The notes under the pieces were generated by a model. That model did no database searches. It saw only the letters and a program-made list of their open reading frames with translations, and was not told where the DNA came from. From assembly GCA_023334545.1 (NCBI GenBank), contig JAADVB010000026.1, forward strand, positions 53,086 through 117,085: 64,000 bases of DNA, given 5' to 3'. Positions within the stretch are counted from its first letter, which is position 1; each line of letters starts with the position of its first letter. Of the stretch, positions 24,001-39,000 are shown one piece after another. The stretch comes from Salisapilia sapeloensis CBS 127946. Its lineage: Eukaryota > Protista > Oomycota. The translations under genes were made by a program, and so were the position numbers.

Positions 24001-27000
24001 TTCAGGTATTCGATGAAGGTATCTATATCAGTCATACAACGATGACATGTATAGCACCTTCGCTTATTGATCTCCATGCTGCATACGACACCTATGCGCC
24101 AATATCTAGAGAAGGGGTACCGAGCGCAAGTATTTCTGTCTCTATGAACGGAGTAGAGTTCGAAGCAAGTGACTGCTCATTTAAATTCGTTCACGGAGTC
24201 GGAGAGTTAGACATTACTCCACGTATCGGAGTGGTGGAGGGTGGTACTCCAGTTAATATCGAACTAGAGCATACGCCTCTTTATCCTGTAACCCACTGTC
24301 GGTTCGATCATAACACGACAGTGGAAGCAGTGCACGTATCGAACCAAGCAGTCGTATGCACTTCTCCACCTCATAGCATACATTCTACGAAGTTGGAATT
24401 AAAAGTGTCGGCATCAACGCTTGAGCCGGAGATTCAGGAAGTATACACAAGCTCATTAGAGAATGTACCACTTGAAGGCTTCTTTACTCTTATCCATCAA
24501 GGATCATCCACCAGACCGATACGATACGATGCAGATGCGACAGGAAACGATGGCTCTTCAATGTATGAGATTATATCAGAACTACCTGGCCTATGGGTCG
24601 ATTCTGTGCAGAGGACAGGACCTGATGGCATGGATGTGTACACGTGGAGAGTTGTATTCCAACGGCGCAGTGGTAACGTCGCCGAACTTGTACCAGATAG
24701 CAGTTTGCTAAAAGGTGAAGGAAATCTCGCACGAGTTTGGACAGTCCAAGATGGTCCTCGAAAGCGTCTTGACTCGGAGCATCAGAGAATAGAAATTCGG
24801 CAAGATGACCTCATTCATCCACACGCAGACCTTATTGTCGATCTAGATGATACGACGTCAGAGATCCAGTACGTGTCCATCAGCTCCTTCGCTCTCATCA
24901 CAGGCTCCTTTACTCTCACTTTCGGCGGATGGTCAAGTGCTCCATTGCAGTGGAATGTTCGTCCGACAGAAATGGCCGAGTCTATCGAGAGTCTTTTTCC
25001 CAATGTAGGTCTGAAAGTATCCCGATCAACCCCTTTTACTAATTATGGATTCGAATGGATTATCACATTCCCAGCATCGACAGAAGTAAAGCCCGTTGCT
25101 GTCGTAGTAGACAATGATCTCTTTTCCATGACTGGAGTTAATATGGAAGCTGGTCGAGTACAAATGGGTAAGATCCTATCCGAAGAACATTTCAAGCTAG
25201 AAACAACAAATGGAGCAATATCTAGCGAACTATCATGGGGTATGTCAAGTACAAGTTTGCTAGAAGTATTGATCAATGAGCTTAGTTTATCACCACTGGA
25301 TGTGTTCAAGACTGTCACGTCAGATGCAATCACATGGAATATTCAGTTCGACTACTTTAACAATGATGGAGCGATGCTGATGGCGAAAGAAGAAAATGTC
25401 TTAGATAGTATGCAGAAACTTCGTTTGAAGAATTATCCAACGGACGCGACAAAGATGTCAGGATACTTTCAGATATCACTCGATGGAGTGGTGTCAGATC
25501 CCGTGGATGTATTAGCTAGTGCCTTCGACCTACAATCCGCTATTCAGAACCTAGTAGTACCTCATATGAGTGGGGTTGTCGTAGCAAAGTCTGTCTCATC
25601 AACTAGCTATACCTACGATATCACTTGGAGCGAAGTGGCTGGAGATGTAAATAAAGTGCAAGTGCTTCTGACAAGTATCACTGGAACAAGTGTCGTTGCA
25701 CAGGTACAAACGCTTCAAGACGGAACCTATAGTCCTCTTGGTGGCTATTTCCAGATCCATACAAAGGACTATGCATCGAGCGACGTATCCTACGATGGAG
25801 ATGAAATGGCTATCAAACAAGCAGTTTCCACTGCATTCGAGTCCGCTGTTGCAAAGGTGACTAAATTAGCTTCTTCCGCTGGCTTTACATGGTCTGTGGA
25901 ATTCGAATCAGCGATTGATACCGAACTACTAGACAGTGTGTCCGTTACAACTATAGATCTACATGGAACGGATGCACAGGCTAGCTTGTCTGTTGTCGAC
26001 ATTGGTGCATCTATGGTGGTACCAGTAGCTGTGACGACGAACGAAGTCGATTATTCTCATCGAGCAGCTTTCTTCACGTACACACAAAAGCTCCAAGTAC
26101 ATTCACTAACACCGTCATCTGGTCCTACACTCGGAGGAACTCCAATTATCATTCATCTACTTGAAACTTACAGTCACAACGAAATCTTTTGTCAGTTTGA
26201 GAATGCTGTAGTGTCCGGTAGAATCATTACACCACTCCAAATCCATTGCATCACGCCACCTCAACCTCCAGGATACATGGACGTAAGGATCGGTGTTAAT
26301 GCTCAACATTTCGATACGTATGCAGGAACTTTTTTATACCGCAATGATATCTCTGCAGCTCTGGAGCTGTATCCACATCACGGTCCAGTTACTGGAGGTA
26401 CCACTGTACATATCATCGGAGTATTGTTCACACCCCAGAACGAGTACACTTGCAAATTCGACGAGACGATAGTCCAAGCAAGCTTTGTAAATGACACCCT
26501 GATCTTCTGTACTTCTCCTCCCGTATCTTCCACGATCAAAGTCAACGTTCGGATATCTGAAAACGATCATGACTATACTGCACCAACGATGACGTTTCAA
26601 TACGATGAACCTCTCTTCGTCACTTCCATCTACCCTAGTTCTGGTGAAATGGAAGGTGGAAACAACGTGCAAGTCGTTGGTGGACCATTTATCTACGGTC
26701 GAAACGACTATTTTTGTCGGTTCGGAGAGTCCGTCGTACCTGCCATTACGCTCACTTCGAGTACTTTAGAATGCCCAGCTCCAAACATTACGCCAGTTCG
26801 TGAAGTACAAGAGATTAAACTCGCGGTACCGATCTTTACACCTGCCGTGATACGTACTGAAATATCAGCTACCCCACGGTTACCGACAATACAACGGTTG
26901 TGGCTGAAACATCAAGAGCAACAGCTTGAAGTACGTGAATTAAGGATATTCGGAGACGACATACCGACGATCTATCAAGTTACTATGCAATCTCGCTCTT

Positions 27001-30000
27001 TCTCTGGAGATGAATATCGTATTCGGACAAGAGCAGTGTCTTTGGAGAATGAGATTCAGGCAGTTCGACTGACTGCAACCTCATATATAGGTGGTACGTT
27101 TTCTTTGAGCATGGAAGGACGAACGACGTCTCCCATTCGATCGTATGCTACTTCACTAGAAGTAGAAAAAGCACTACAATCTCTCCCAAACGTTGGAGCT
27201 GTGAAAGTACAAAAGACGGAGCGAGATAGTCTCGAAGGTTGCTATTGGGAGGTTGAGTTCATCGATCGTGTAGGAGATCTCCCGTTGCTTGAACTCCAGG
27301 TCTTGACACTTGAAGATTCAGGCACCAACGATCTCGCGATTGATATTGTCGAAGTAGTAAAAGGAGCAGGAGGACCTTTAGGTGGTACATTTGATCTACT
27401 TGTTGATCAGACATGGACATATACGTTGCGATATGATGCCTCAGAAGAAGAAATTGTGTCGTTGCTAGGAGAGAATGAAGCAGATAGTAGTGAACTGCAT
27501 GTTACTCGGGATGGACCGTTCCTAAACAACGACTATGAATGGACGATCGAGCTACCAGGTATCCCAACGGCAGATCGGGAAATGAGTGTTGATGGACAGA
27601 AGCTCATCGGAGGAAATGATGCAATCGTCATCGACATTCAGAATCAGGGTACACGAGGCACGCAACAGCATATATTTACTGGACAATCAGAAGGCGACTT
27701 CAAATGCGAAGTAGATGGAAAGGTGTCAGCTCCTATCCCTGTAGATGCATCTGCCGAAGCGTTTGCATTAGCTTTTGATGAAAACGCTTTCGGAGAGATT
27801 CAAGTCACAAAGGAAAGCGATGGCTCATGGAAAATGACGTTTGTGGAATGGGCAGGTGATGTGCCACTTATGAACTGTGGGCCTGATCAAGGCGTACAGA
27901 CAATTGTTCAAGGAAATGGGCAAGGTCTTTCTGGTACCTTTAGACTCTCTATCCTGGGTGAATGGAGTCTACCTATCGACTATAACGCCAATGTTGATGC
28001 AGTGAATGAAGCACTATCTACAATATCAGTAGCGGACAGCATAACTATTTCAGAAGTTCAAGTGAATGTGAATGGTGGAAAGAAATGGGAGTTGACATTC
28101 TCCAGTATGCTTGGAGATGTACAGGACTTAAACTCGGATAGCTCTACTTTAAACGGTTGCAACCCTATAGTTGTACTTGACAGAGTTCAGAGTGGAAATC
28201 AAGTAGGTGGATCTATTACATTATACGATGAGAAGAATCATAAAGTCGACTTGCCAGTGGATGTTAGCACAGCAAAGCTTCAATCTGCTCTTGTAGATAC
28301 CTTTTCAATACCAGTAGCAACTATTGATAAGATGGAAGCTTTGTCTGCCAAAGGATCAGTCTATAGAATAACGTTTGAAGCTGGATCAACAAGCATTCCA
28401 GACTTGGAAGTTAGAAGTGATGAACTAACTGGTGCTGGTGCTCAAGTATCTTTGTCTATCGTACAGAGTGCATCTGTGCCAACAAGCGGATCTTTTACGC
28501 TTGCGTATGGAGGCATTCGATCTGCACCGTTGAGTTGGAACGTATCTGCTGGTGATATGGCTCAGACATTACAATACATGCAGTCCATTCCAGATGAAGT
28601 CGTTCTTGTAGATCGATATGAAGGCACAGGTGGTTATGAATGGATCATTACATTCCCGTATGACTTGATAGATCCTTCGGAAATACCAAGTCTGCGGTAT
28701 GAAAACACAATAGCTGGTAGAGACATTGAAATGGGGATAGAGATCATCCATGAAGAGTCCTATATACTGAATGGCACATTCTATATGGAAATCGACGGAA
28801 GTAGATCGAATAAGCTACACACAGAGAACGAAGATCGAGTCATAGAAGATGAAATCAATCGGATGTTGCCAACTGCTAATGTATCCGTTATCTCCACTCG
28901 AATCAACAACGTCATCTCATGGAAGATAGAATATCATTCTCTTGAAACAGTGGCTGCTCTACCAACGCCTCCAACAATTGATATTGATGTCATGACAGGA
29001 GAAGATATTGAGACAAGTTCCAAAGTTGTATCTTCACCGACTTCCAATGTACTACAGCGACTTACGATTTATTCAGCGGACGATCTTCCATTTGGTGACT
29101 TTAGTATCAAATGGAAAGGGAAGTCGGCTTTGCAATCCGCTCGAGCAGACATGACTGCTGCAGAATTAAGAACAACTCTAGAGTCTATACCAGGTATGGG
29201 TCGAGTCCAAGTAGAAAGATTCCCTGTGGACAACGCATATGGCTTCGTATGGTTCGCTCTTTTGAAGGATGCAGATGCTTCCGAGACAGACAAAATGGAA
29301 GTAGAATTCACTAGTGCTAACTCTCCTTCTCTCGTTGTAGAGACTGAGGTATACCCTTCGACTATTCCTCGTATTCACGGTCAGTTTGCGATTCGACATG
29401 GATCGCTATGCGAAGAGGTAGCATTCGGAGGGTACTGTTCACCTGCCGAAACAAACTTGTTATCTCTGGACGTATCGAATGATGCATTCGAAAAGCAATT
29501 AGCTCGATTACCGAATCTCCAAGGAACGCAAGTAAAACGTAAAGTTTCTATTCCGTCTATCGAATACGTCTGGAACGTCATACTTCCTCTATCTCTCGAA
29601 GACTGCCCTCTGTTAGAAATAATTGACGAGCTGCTTGCTACTGATGCAGACATAGTCTCTATCCGTCGACTTCGAAAAGCATCCGACCTATCTGATCTAC
29701 AGGTCGCTTTAGAAATCACGTCGAACCTCCAAGACTACACTTCCAACGGTCTGGTCTATCGCTACACGCCGTCGGTCAACGTCTCTTCCATTTATCCAAG
29801 TCACGGACCTCGAATCGGAGGTACAGAAATTCTTGTACGTGGATTTAACTTTTACAATCTCTCTTCACTCCGCTGTCGATTCGGTACTGCCATCACGTCG
29901 GCAACATACCTCAACAAGACACACTTGCTATGTACCTCTCCCAGCACTACTGCCGCTGGAGTTATAAGCCTACAAGTAGCGAACCATGGTCTAAGAGGTA

Positions 30001-33000
30001 ATGCGACGTTCTCCAGCGACGAAGTAGAGTACACGTACGATAAGGAAGTCACGATCACGAACGTCATGCCGTCGCTTGGTCCTACCACAGGAAACTTTTC
30101 AGTCTTCATCAGTGGAGGTCCATTTGTCCACACGAATGAGATCCGCTGCCAATTCGATGAGACTGTCGTACAAGCGGAATGGCATAGCTACTCGGAGATC
30201 TCGTGCATGGCACCACCGCATCCAGCAGGTATCGTGGGCTTAGAAGTGACATTAAACGATCAGGACTATTCACGATCCAGAACCGCCTTCACCTTTTACA
30301 AAGAGCAAGGCATTTCGCGTATTGAACCTGTCTTTGGTCCGGCGTGGACAACTGGAACGGAAATAGTAGTGCATGGTACAAACTTTGTCAACTCTTCCTT
30401 ACTCTCATGCAGATTCGGCTACATCACAACGCCAGGTACATTCGTAGATGAGTCAACTATGGTCTGTCTTTCGCCACGACTGCCAGCGTATAGTGGAGGT
30501 CTTCATGCAGTTCCCTTGACAGAGCACCGAAATGAGTACGCTGATCCATCCCATGGCAGCATCTACCTCTTCCCGACTGCACATTTCTATCCACAATATT
30601 ATAGTCGACTCGTTTCCCTTGAAGTGTCTAATAACCAGCAAGACTTTACGACTGGCGGTGTCAACTACCTCTATTACGACGACGCTGTCTTGTCCGAGAT
30701 TTATCCCAAGTCCTCCTACGACACCAACGCTCTATCCCTCTTTGCCCTCGGCCGACATTTTATCAACTCGACACACCTCACGTGCAGACTAGGTACACAA
30801 CAGTACAAGGCAGTGTACATCACATCTGAGTTACTCCTATGTCCGATCCAACGGCCAAGAGCACATGAAGATACGCGGGTGGGGATAAGAGACAGATGGG
30901 AATCTCATGCACTTTTCGAAGTTTCCAACAACGGGAAAGACTTTACCAGTAGCCACTTGAGCTTTAACTTTAGAGGTCCATGTCCTACTGGTTACTTTTG
31001 TCCGGATGAGTTGCAAGGTAAAAGCATGGTTTGTCCCAAGGGAACGTTCTGTCCTGGTCAAGGCAATCGGAACTCGACGCTGTGTCCTCGTGGAACGTAC
31101 CAGCCACAAACAGCTCAAGCAAGCTGCCTTCGCTGTCCTGTCGGGTATCATTGTCCACACGTTGGGATGCACGTTCCACGCATCTGCCCTGCTGGATACG
31201 TATGCGCTACTACAGGCATTGAAGATGCCGTTGTGCCTTGCCCAGGTGGACACTTTTGCTTGGAAGGCACAGCCACATTTTCCATGACATGCTCTCCACC
31301 TGAAAAAACAAGTCGAATCATGGTTTCATCAGCATACTCAGGCGATACAATCACAAGTCGTAGTACAGACATAAATCCTTTGCAGCGAGTCATCGGATCT
31401 CGAAAGAGCGGTTGCTGGAATAATGAAACATTGGATTTTGGACTGCAAATGAGCAGGCACCCAAATCGATTCTGGTCTGAACGTCGACAGCTTCCTCTAT
31501 CCGCTGATGCCATCTACAGTCCTATACGAGGTCGCTTCTGTCTAGACGATACATGCTTCCGTTTGCAAGGAGATGAGTTCGTAGATGTCGTGGACGAAGT
31601 CTTTGACTACGCATCGACTGACTTTGCTCTAAGAAGACCGCTGCCATGTCCAGCTGGAAGCTATTGTCACCCAGGCACAGCAGCCAATAGCACGTCCCTG
31701 CAGAACTATGCCATGCCGCAACCGTGCTTTGAGAGCATGTACTGCCCGGAAGGAAGTGATTCGCCCATGGGCTTTGGAGAGTGTGCGCCAGGCTTCCACT
31801 GTCCATTCGGTACAAGACTCCCGTGCCCAGCCGGGTCCTTTTGCCCTACTACTGGACACACGTTTCCCGTCTCGTGTCCTCCTGGTACTTTCAACGGAAT
31901 GGTATCCCAGACATCTTGTACAGACTGTCCCGTGGGCTACATTTGTCCTGGATTCGGTCGTCTACTACCAGCCATGTGCCCTCCAGGCTACGTCTGCAGC
32001 AAGAGAGCTCTGTCGTCTCCTAACTATCTCTGTCCGAAAGGATTTTACTGTCTCCAAGGTACAACAACGTCGGATGGCTTCCGAAATGACACGAGACTCC
32101 GTCCTTATCCATGTCGACCTGGTACCTACTGCCTTAAAGGTGTCGTAGCAGACACAGTCGTCCATGGAGACTACAGATATCCTCAAAACTGCACCGAAGG
32201 CTTCTACTGCACACTCGGTTCGACGTCGCCTCTTGGCTCTGGCATGTGTCCTCCTGGCTTCACCTGTCCATCCGGTACAGCCGTTCCGATCCCGACAGAG
32301 AAGGGCAAGTTCGCGCAGAGAAACGGAACGATCGAAGCTGCGGAGTGTTCACCTGGATACTACGCTCCGACCATCGAGTCCAAGACATGTATCCCTTGTC
32401 CGCCTGGAACGAGCTGTGGAGACGATGGCATGTCTGTCGCAAAGATCTGTGAACCAGGAACGTATCGTGGAAGTCTAGAGGCCGACGGTGTCTCTTGTCT
32501 CGCTTGTCCACAAGGAACGTGGTCAAAGAACTGGGAGCTACGTGGGATAGAAGAATGCACTATTTGTCCTCCTGGAACAGTCTGTCCTATGGACGGCATC
32601 ACGTATCCTTGTACAGAAAACGATTTACCTCATATCTTCACACCAGTTGATCAAGACTTGTCTTTTGTCGAGTGTCTCGAGAAAGGATCTGCGTACTTTT
32701 ACGGCGTCTTATTAGAGCCTTGGATAGACGAGTATGGCGCTGGTCCGCATCTCTTACCGTCTCGAGACGGACGATGCTACCATAACGCACAGCCGCATGG
32801 GTCGATATTATACCAGAGACTATCAGACTATCACGGTCCTCTCTACGAAATCGCCACTGGTCTTCCACATCAGGGATATGGTGACGTCGGTCAGACGCCT
32901 GTTCCGAACATCTTTGATCGTGGTTCTCTTGCCATCGACCTTCCTGTTTCTCAAATCTATGACTCTGCTCGGAATTGCACAAGAGGTTTCTACCATCAAG

Positions 33001-36000
33001 ACCAGTGGTTTCCAGGAACATGTGAAGCAGACATCATCTGTGCTCCATCCGATACTACTCAAACATCCGAGTTGCATGTTGCGCAAGCTCAGCCATGTCC
33101 AGAAGGCTACGTATGTGACCAAAGCACGACTGCTGTGAATGCACTAGACCATCGCTGTCCTGGTGGGTACGTCTGTGATGCCGGGACGTCTCCGGACTTG
33201 AGCTTGGAATCTCCTCGAGGCCAACTAGACCAGCTCTGTCCGGCAGGATACTATTGTGAAGACGGGACGGCCGAGTCTCAGAAGAAGATGTATACATGTC
33301 CAGCAGGATACTTTTGTCCGACTGGAACGAAGAACCCGTACCTAGGGACGATGGCGAACGATGCATTGCGCAGGAGGTTGACGAAAGAAGATGCAGATCC
33401 ATTTCGAGACGTTAACTATACCAAGTACCTTGCCGAAGGTGATATCCGCATCGTCTCCGCTCATGACTTGCATTGCTTTAATGGTATCGATGACGATCTT
33501 AAACAGATCTTCCGAACATATACTCGTACAAGTGATGGAAAGCGTATTGTCATGAATGAAGCGCTACGTAATGACTTGATATGCGCTCGTGACCACAAGT
33601 GGAGATTGATGCATCTCGGAATGGAACGGAACGAATGTGACTGTCCGTACCAAGTGAAACTCGCGCATCAAGTCTATCGCTTATGGAAGTGCACAGTCGA
33701 GCCATCCCAACCGCCTCTTCTTTCCTACGACGCGAATCTGTACGGTTGGAAGCAAGCCTACAATTCCGAACAACAATGTGTCTTCCCTGCTACATCTGTG
33801 CTACAAGCAGTTGACCTCGGCAAGGTATTAGATAGCACTGGTGTCATTTTTGAGGTTATAACCGGTAGCAAAGAAGCATTCTACTCATATGACATACTCA
33901 AAGCAGAGGTCGAGAGTCTGTATCAAATACAAGAGCTGCAGATTCCTGGAAGTACAGTTGAAATGGACAGTAACCTATATCATTTGCATCATGCTATCCA
34001 AAAGGTGGAGCAGCTTGGAGAAGAAGTACCTAGCGTATTGAATTATGATGATAGCTTGAATCTATTACGACCAGATGCATGTGAATGTGCGAATTTGCTC
34101 AAGTGTCCGAACGGAACAGAGTCGGCTGTCGGGTCTGACGACATCTACGACTGTGTCAAAACAGGTTCAGAGGTCTTGCAACGCATATCACCCATACCAG
34201 AGGACCATCCTCGTCTTGTCAACGGAGATAAGTACAAGGAACTGTCTGGTGTTGGAAGAGGAATCGGAAGTATACGTCTGCAACCAACGGAAGTAGCTGT
34301 TATCACGATCAATACGACGGGCATTCCCAGGAATCTCACATACGATGATCACTATCAGATCTCCATCTACACGGACTGCAAACCTTGTCCGACGCAATAT
34401 ACTTGCAACCTAGCACAGGATCCTATCGTATGCAAGTACCCGAATGACGACAATAGCACTAGTACGAAACTGTTCGACGACTGTATGGAAAGAGAAGAGG
34501 ACTACGATACATGCATCCACATGCCTTACTTTTGCAATGAAAGAACGCTTCTAACAGGACCATTGGAACTCGAGACGATGCTACCTGGTTGCTGCGAATG
34601 TGAGCGACGCCAAATGCCCTACTATTTCCAGGATAAAACCACAGATCTTGGGTATCCGGATAACAAGCACGGATATCTACAATTCAGTATCTCTGCGGTT
34701 CACTTAGTAGATGTAACGATCACAGTCGAGCTATTGCATGGTCTGTACATTGGTAGCTTTGCAGAGGAGTTTAGAAACGATCGATTCGACCTGACGATCT
34801 TCTCGCCGTCGCGTGGAAACTACGCGCCGTCTACACCGTCCATGAGATCCTTCTTTGCCGTCATGCAGAAAGAGACTTACGACAACAAGCTTATGTTACC
34901 TCTGAACCTACCTGAAACTCGACAACACATTGTCGGAACCAGTAGATTTAGATACGATATCGAATCCTCCATCTTTATCGATCGCATATCGGACATTATG
35001 ATCGGCGATCCACATCTTCCGAAAAAAAGAGGGTTTATTCGAAACACAGAGCAGAACGCAGTCGGAGATATCGTCGTAGCGCTCAATGAAAATGGCTCTT
35101 TAGAAGTAGATACCGACCACATTGTACCCCCGAACGAGTACTTTGGTCTGTATCCGATTCGAGACCCTCTAGATCGTGTGCTAAGGACTAATAGCTGGTG
35201 GACAGAAGAGCTAGAAGGCAAAGACTTTATCTCAGTCCCTTACTTTCCATTCTTCTCTAACTGCAGAGGCTTTGATTCCCATCTTTGGATCTCGAAACTA
35301 CTCGAGTCTCATCCAGATTGTACCTTCATTGACTATGATAAGACGGTGGAAGTGAACGAATATCCGTGGAATGAACAACTAGTACCGACGGCAGATAGCT
35401 GTTTAATCAACTACCATGTCAATGTGACGGATGTAAATGACAAGATGATTACTACAACAAGACAAAGAGGTATCAATCTCTCTTGTACGTATGAAGAAAA
35501 TCTCGAGGGTGGGTCCGACCGACCTCGGTGGTACGAAGCCTCAGAAGACACGACACTCTTCTACTTGACACGAGACCCCATTTCTCCGGATCAATTTACG
35601 AGTCCATTTAATAGCGACGATTGGGGTCGTACGGACATTCTCGAGTCATTCTTAGGAACAGATAGTTTGATTCCAGTGACCATTGGAGCTGATGCAGGAC
35701 TGACACAAGTAGTCCCGAGAGAAGTGTACTTGAATCTAACCTATTATCAAGTGACACCAGGTAAGAAACGTCTGGTGGAAGCTTTTGTGAACTTTGGACA
35801 GTTGTGTACCGTTGCCAAGTCGACTGAGATCATCGCCAAGATGGCTCAGAAGGATATATACCCATGTTTGATCAGCAACGCGACGAAACAAATCGCTTCG
35901 TACGACTACATCTTGCAAGTCACTTGGCAACCACTCGATTGGTTTGCCTTGATGAATCTCTTCCAGTTCTCTGTCGACATTTACATTGGTTTCTTCTCCA

Positions 36001-39000
36001 TCGTTAGCTTGTTTAGTATTCTAGAAGGCGCATGCGTTTGGGTCATCAATCGTCTCTTTACCAAGATGAAGAGCCCTCCAAGGTCCCGACTACGCATCCT
36101 ACTCAAGAACATTTCTGCCCCATCTTCCTATGGCATCTGTCTCTTCATGATCCCTGTGTGGGCTATGATCACATTCGTCTACATTTGGTGGCATGGATTT
36201 GCATCAGAGGACCCGATACTAGAGCCAAGCGCCATATCCTTTGAAAGCACGCCAGGGAGCTGGTTAGATGTAATTGCACTCACCGAAGACCGTGTCCTCG
36301 GGTATAAACGAGGTCGAATCGGTGTCAGTCTCGCTACCATTGGTGCGTGCTTACTCTATCGAGGATCTACGCTCTTGATTCCGGAAACATTTGATAAACA
36401 ACCGGAGGATAATGCGTTTAAAGAAGTAGCGGGACCTACACCGACAGATCCTCTTGAGGTAAAAGACGAAGAGGAAGAAGACGACGAGTTCTGGGATACA
36501 CGTGCATGGAAGATCACCAACTTTGTCCTCATCACACTACTCTTCACGGCATGTTTACTTCCATTCTGGGAGTTCTCCTACTCGAAAGTCTTTACAGACA
36601 ACATCTATGGCTTCCTCGTGCTCTTTAAGATCGCCCGGAACGTCATTGAACTCGTACTCGAACGATTCTTACGAGAAAAACTACTTGTCATGCCATTTGT
36701 CACTGTCCTCTCCGCGACAGAAAGCACGATTTCGATGGGCTCCTCCGACTTTCTCGGCTATACCATGTTCTACTTTGTCAATCTAAGTCTCACCATCCTC
36801 GAACGTCTCTACTTTGCTCCTTTCATGCGATATGTGAGCTGTCAATGGGAGATCTGGCGCTTGATCATACGCAAGAAGCTCAAGAAACGACGTCGACGGA
36901 CGCGAGAACAGAAGATGCAAGAGGAAGAAGAGTGGCGACAGACTTGTGAAAAGCTCGAGAGTCAACTCTCCGGAGTCGAATCCGTGTTAGAAGCTGTTGC
37001 AGGGTATAGTATCGTCCTCATCGAGTTGTTCCTATCGCCTATCATACTTGCCTTCCAAGCTTTATTCAGCTACGAAACGCGCATGCCGTTCCTCTACGCT
37101 GTCAAGCACACAGACTTGCTCTACTACTCGCTCTTCTCTCTCTTTGTCATCCCCAGCAACCTCGTCATGAGTGCCTTCCAGCTAAGTACTATGGAACTCG
37201 TACATGGCTGGAAAGTATACGAGTACATCGCATACCAGAAGCATCGGTTCATGACAAGAGATACGCAGTGGCAGATGCATCATCCAACCAAAGATGAAAG
37301 CATCCACCCGGCCTTTCAAACATTAGATCTCTTGTGTTTCTCTTCCCAATACTACTTCCTGATAACCATGTATGCATTCGGGATATGGCTGACTGTCATC
37401 GGTGCAACGATCCTCCTGCGACAGCAGCATAGTCCTAATGGGGACTGGCTAACGCTTGTCATTATCATCGTCATCTTCCTTCTCGCTCGAGCTGTCGAAA
37501 AGTGTTGTGTCTACTTTGGTCTTAAATTCGGCATTTGGAAACCGAAGCAATTGGAAGGAACGCTTGATGATGAGATCGCAGCAAAGCTCGCACTAGGACT
37601 CGGTCGACAACTCGATCTCGAACGAGAGCGTCTGGAACTCCAAGCTCTCAACTCGGAAAGGTTCCGACATCGGTTCATGGAACGCAATCGACCGTGGATA
37701 CTGCAGCATCTCGTAGAGCTCTTTACACCACGCACACTACAGGCAGAAGGAGTAGATGGTAGACCGAACGCCGAAATGGTGAGAGACTTGTACCATGAAC
37801 TCGTGAACATGGGCGAAGGTCGACGTCTCCGAGATGATCGATCGGACGTATCCTCCGACTCATCCGATGAACTAGAGAAAATGAGAAGACAGTGGTCTAA
37901 AGTTCCCGTCTCTGGTCCATCAAAAGACATCATCTTGTACTGGTTAGCTCGAGCTCGTAAGCGGCGGACGTTTGGCAAGTTAATCGCAGGTATCATTGCA
38001 AAACAAAAGCAGTCTTCCTGTGCAAAATGTCAGCGTGATGAAACTGGTGGCTTTACGATGCTTGTCGGGCTCGCGAATGAACAAGGAACAAATCAAGATC
38101 CGAATGCTTTAGATCGATTGATTGATGGATTCGAAAACGAGTTTGGGGAAAACGAGATGGAAGCCGACTTGTGGAAAGCTTATTTCCGGAAACACGCGAC
38201 GTTCCTAACGCTATGCAACGTCTGTACGTCAGCACTTGAGCAAAAGCGACTGGAAAGAGCGGTCAAGGCACCTGTCGCTCAGCATATCCTACGTGCAGAT
38301 GAGTTCTCATCGTCGGAAGATGAAGAAGACGAAGCACCATTCGATCCGGTCGTTGTCACTCGAAATTCCGTCGAAGGTAGAGTTCTGTCCAAGTGGCTAC
38401 TAGCTGCCCGCAAACGTCTCGGTGGCGCCTTCCCCCGTCCTCATGCACAAGCAGAGATGGAAGCTTATGCCAAACGTTTACGAGCGAAGCGGACGAGAAA
38501 AGGAAAGACAGCGCATGTCGATTCTGACGACGAAGACCCTTCTGTGCACTGGCGACTAAACCTGAACGAAGCGACAAGAGCGCTAGCGCTCCGGTGGCTA
38601 TGGGAAGCCCGAGATGTCCGCTATGCTGCGTTTAAAGACCAGGCAAAAGAGCTTCGGGTGCAACTAGCAGATGCATGTAGCAAGATCTTAGCAGTAGATG
38701 ACTGGTTCTATGGGAAGGAACTTCGATTAGGAGGTGCTCAGTTCATGCAAGAAGGAGAGGAATTACTCCAAGTAGAGAAGAAGGAAGATGAAGAGATGAA
38801 ACAGAAGATTGCGCAGTGTGAACGAGACCTCGAAGCATTTGAGTCGAAGAGGAGGAAGATTGTCGAAGAGGAGAAAGTAGCGTTTGATGCGTTGCTGGTA
38901 AAAGCAAAGGCGGATGTAGAAGTCAAGCTTGAGGAACGTGAGAAAGAGTTACTGTTAAAACGACAGGAGAAAGAGAAAGAGTTTGTCGAGATGCAGCGAG

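Noticed and set aside
30975-33330. Nucleotide-level tandem repeat or CRISPR-like array in the Cys-rich region
   Set aside because: The periodicity exists only at the protein-motif level; there are no identical DNA repeats with spacers.
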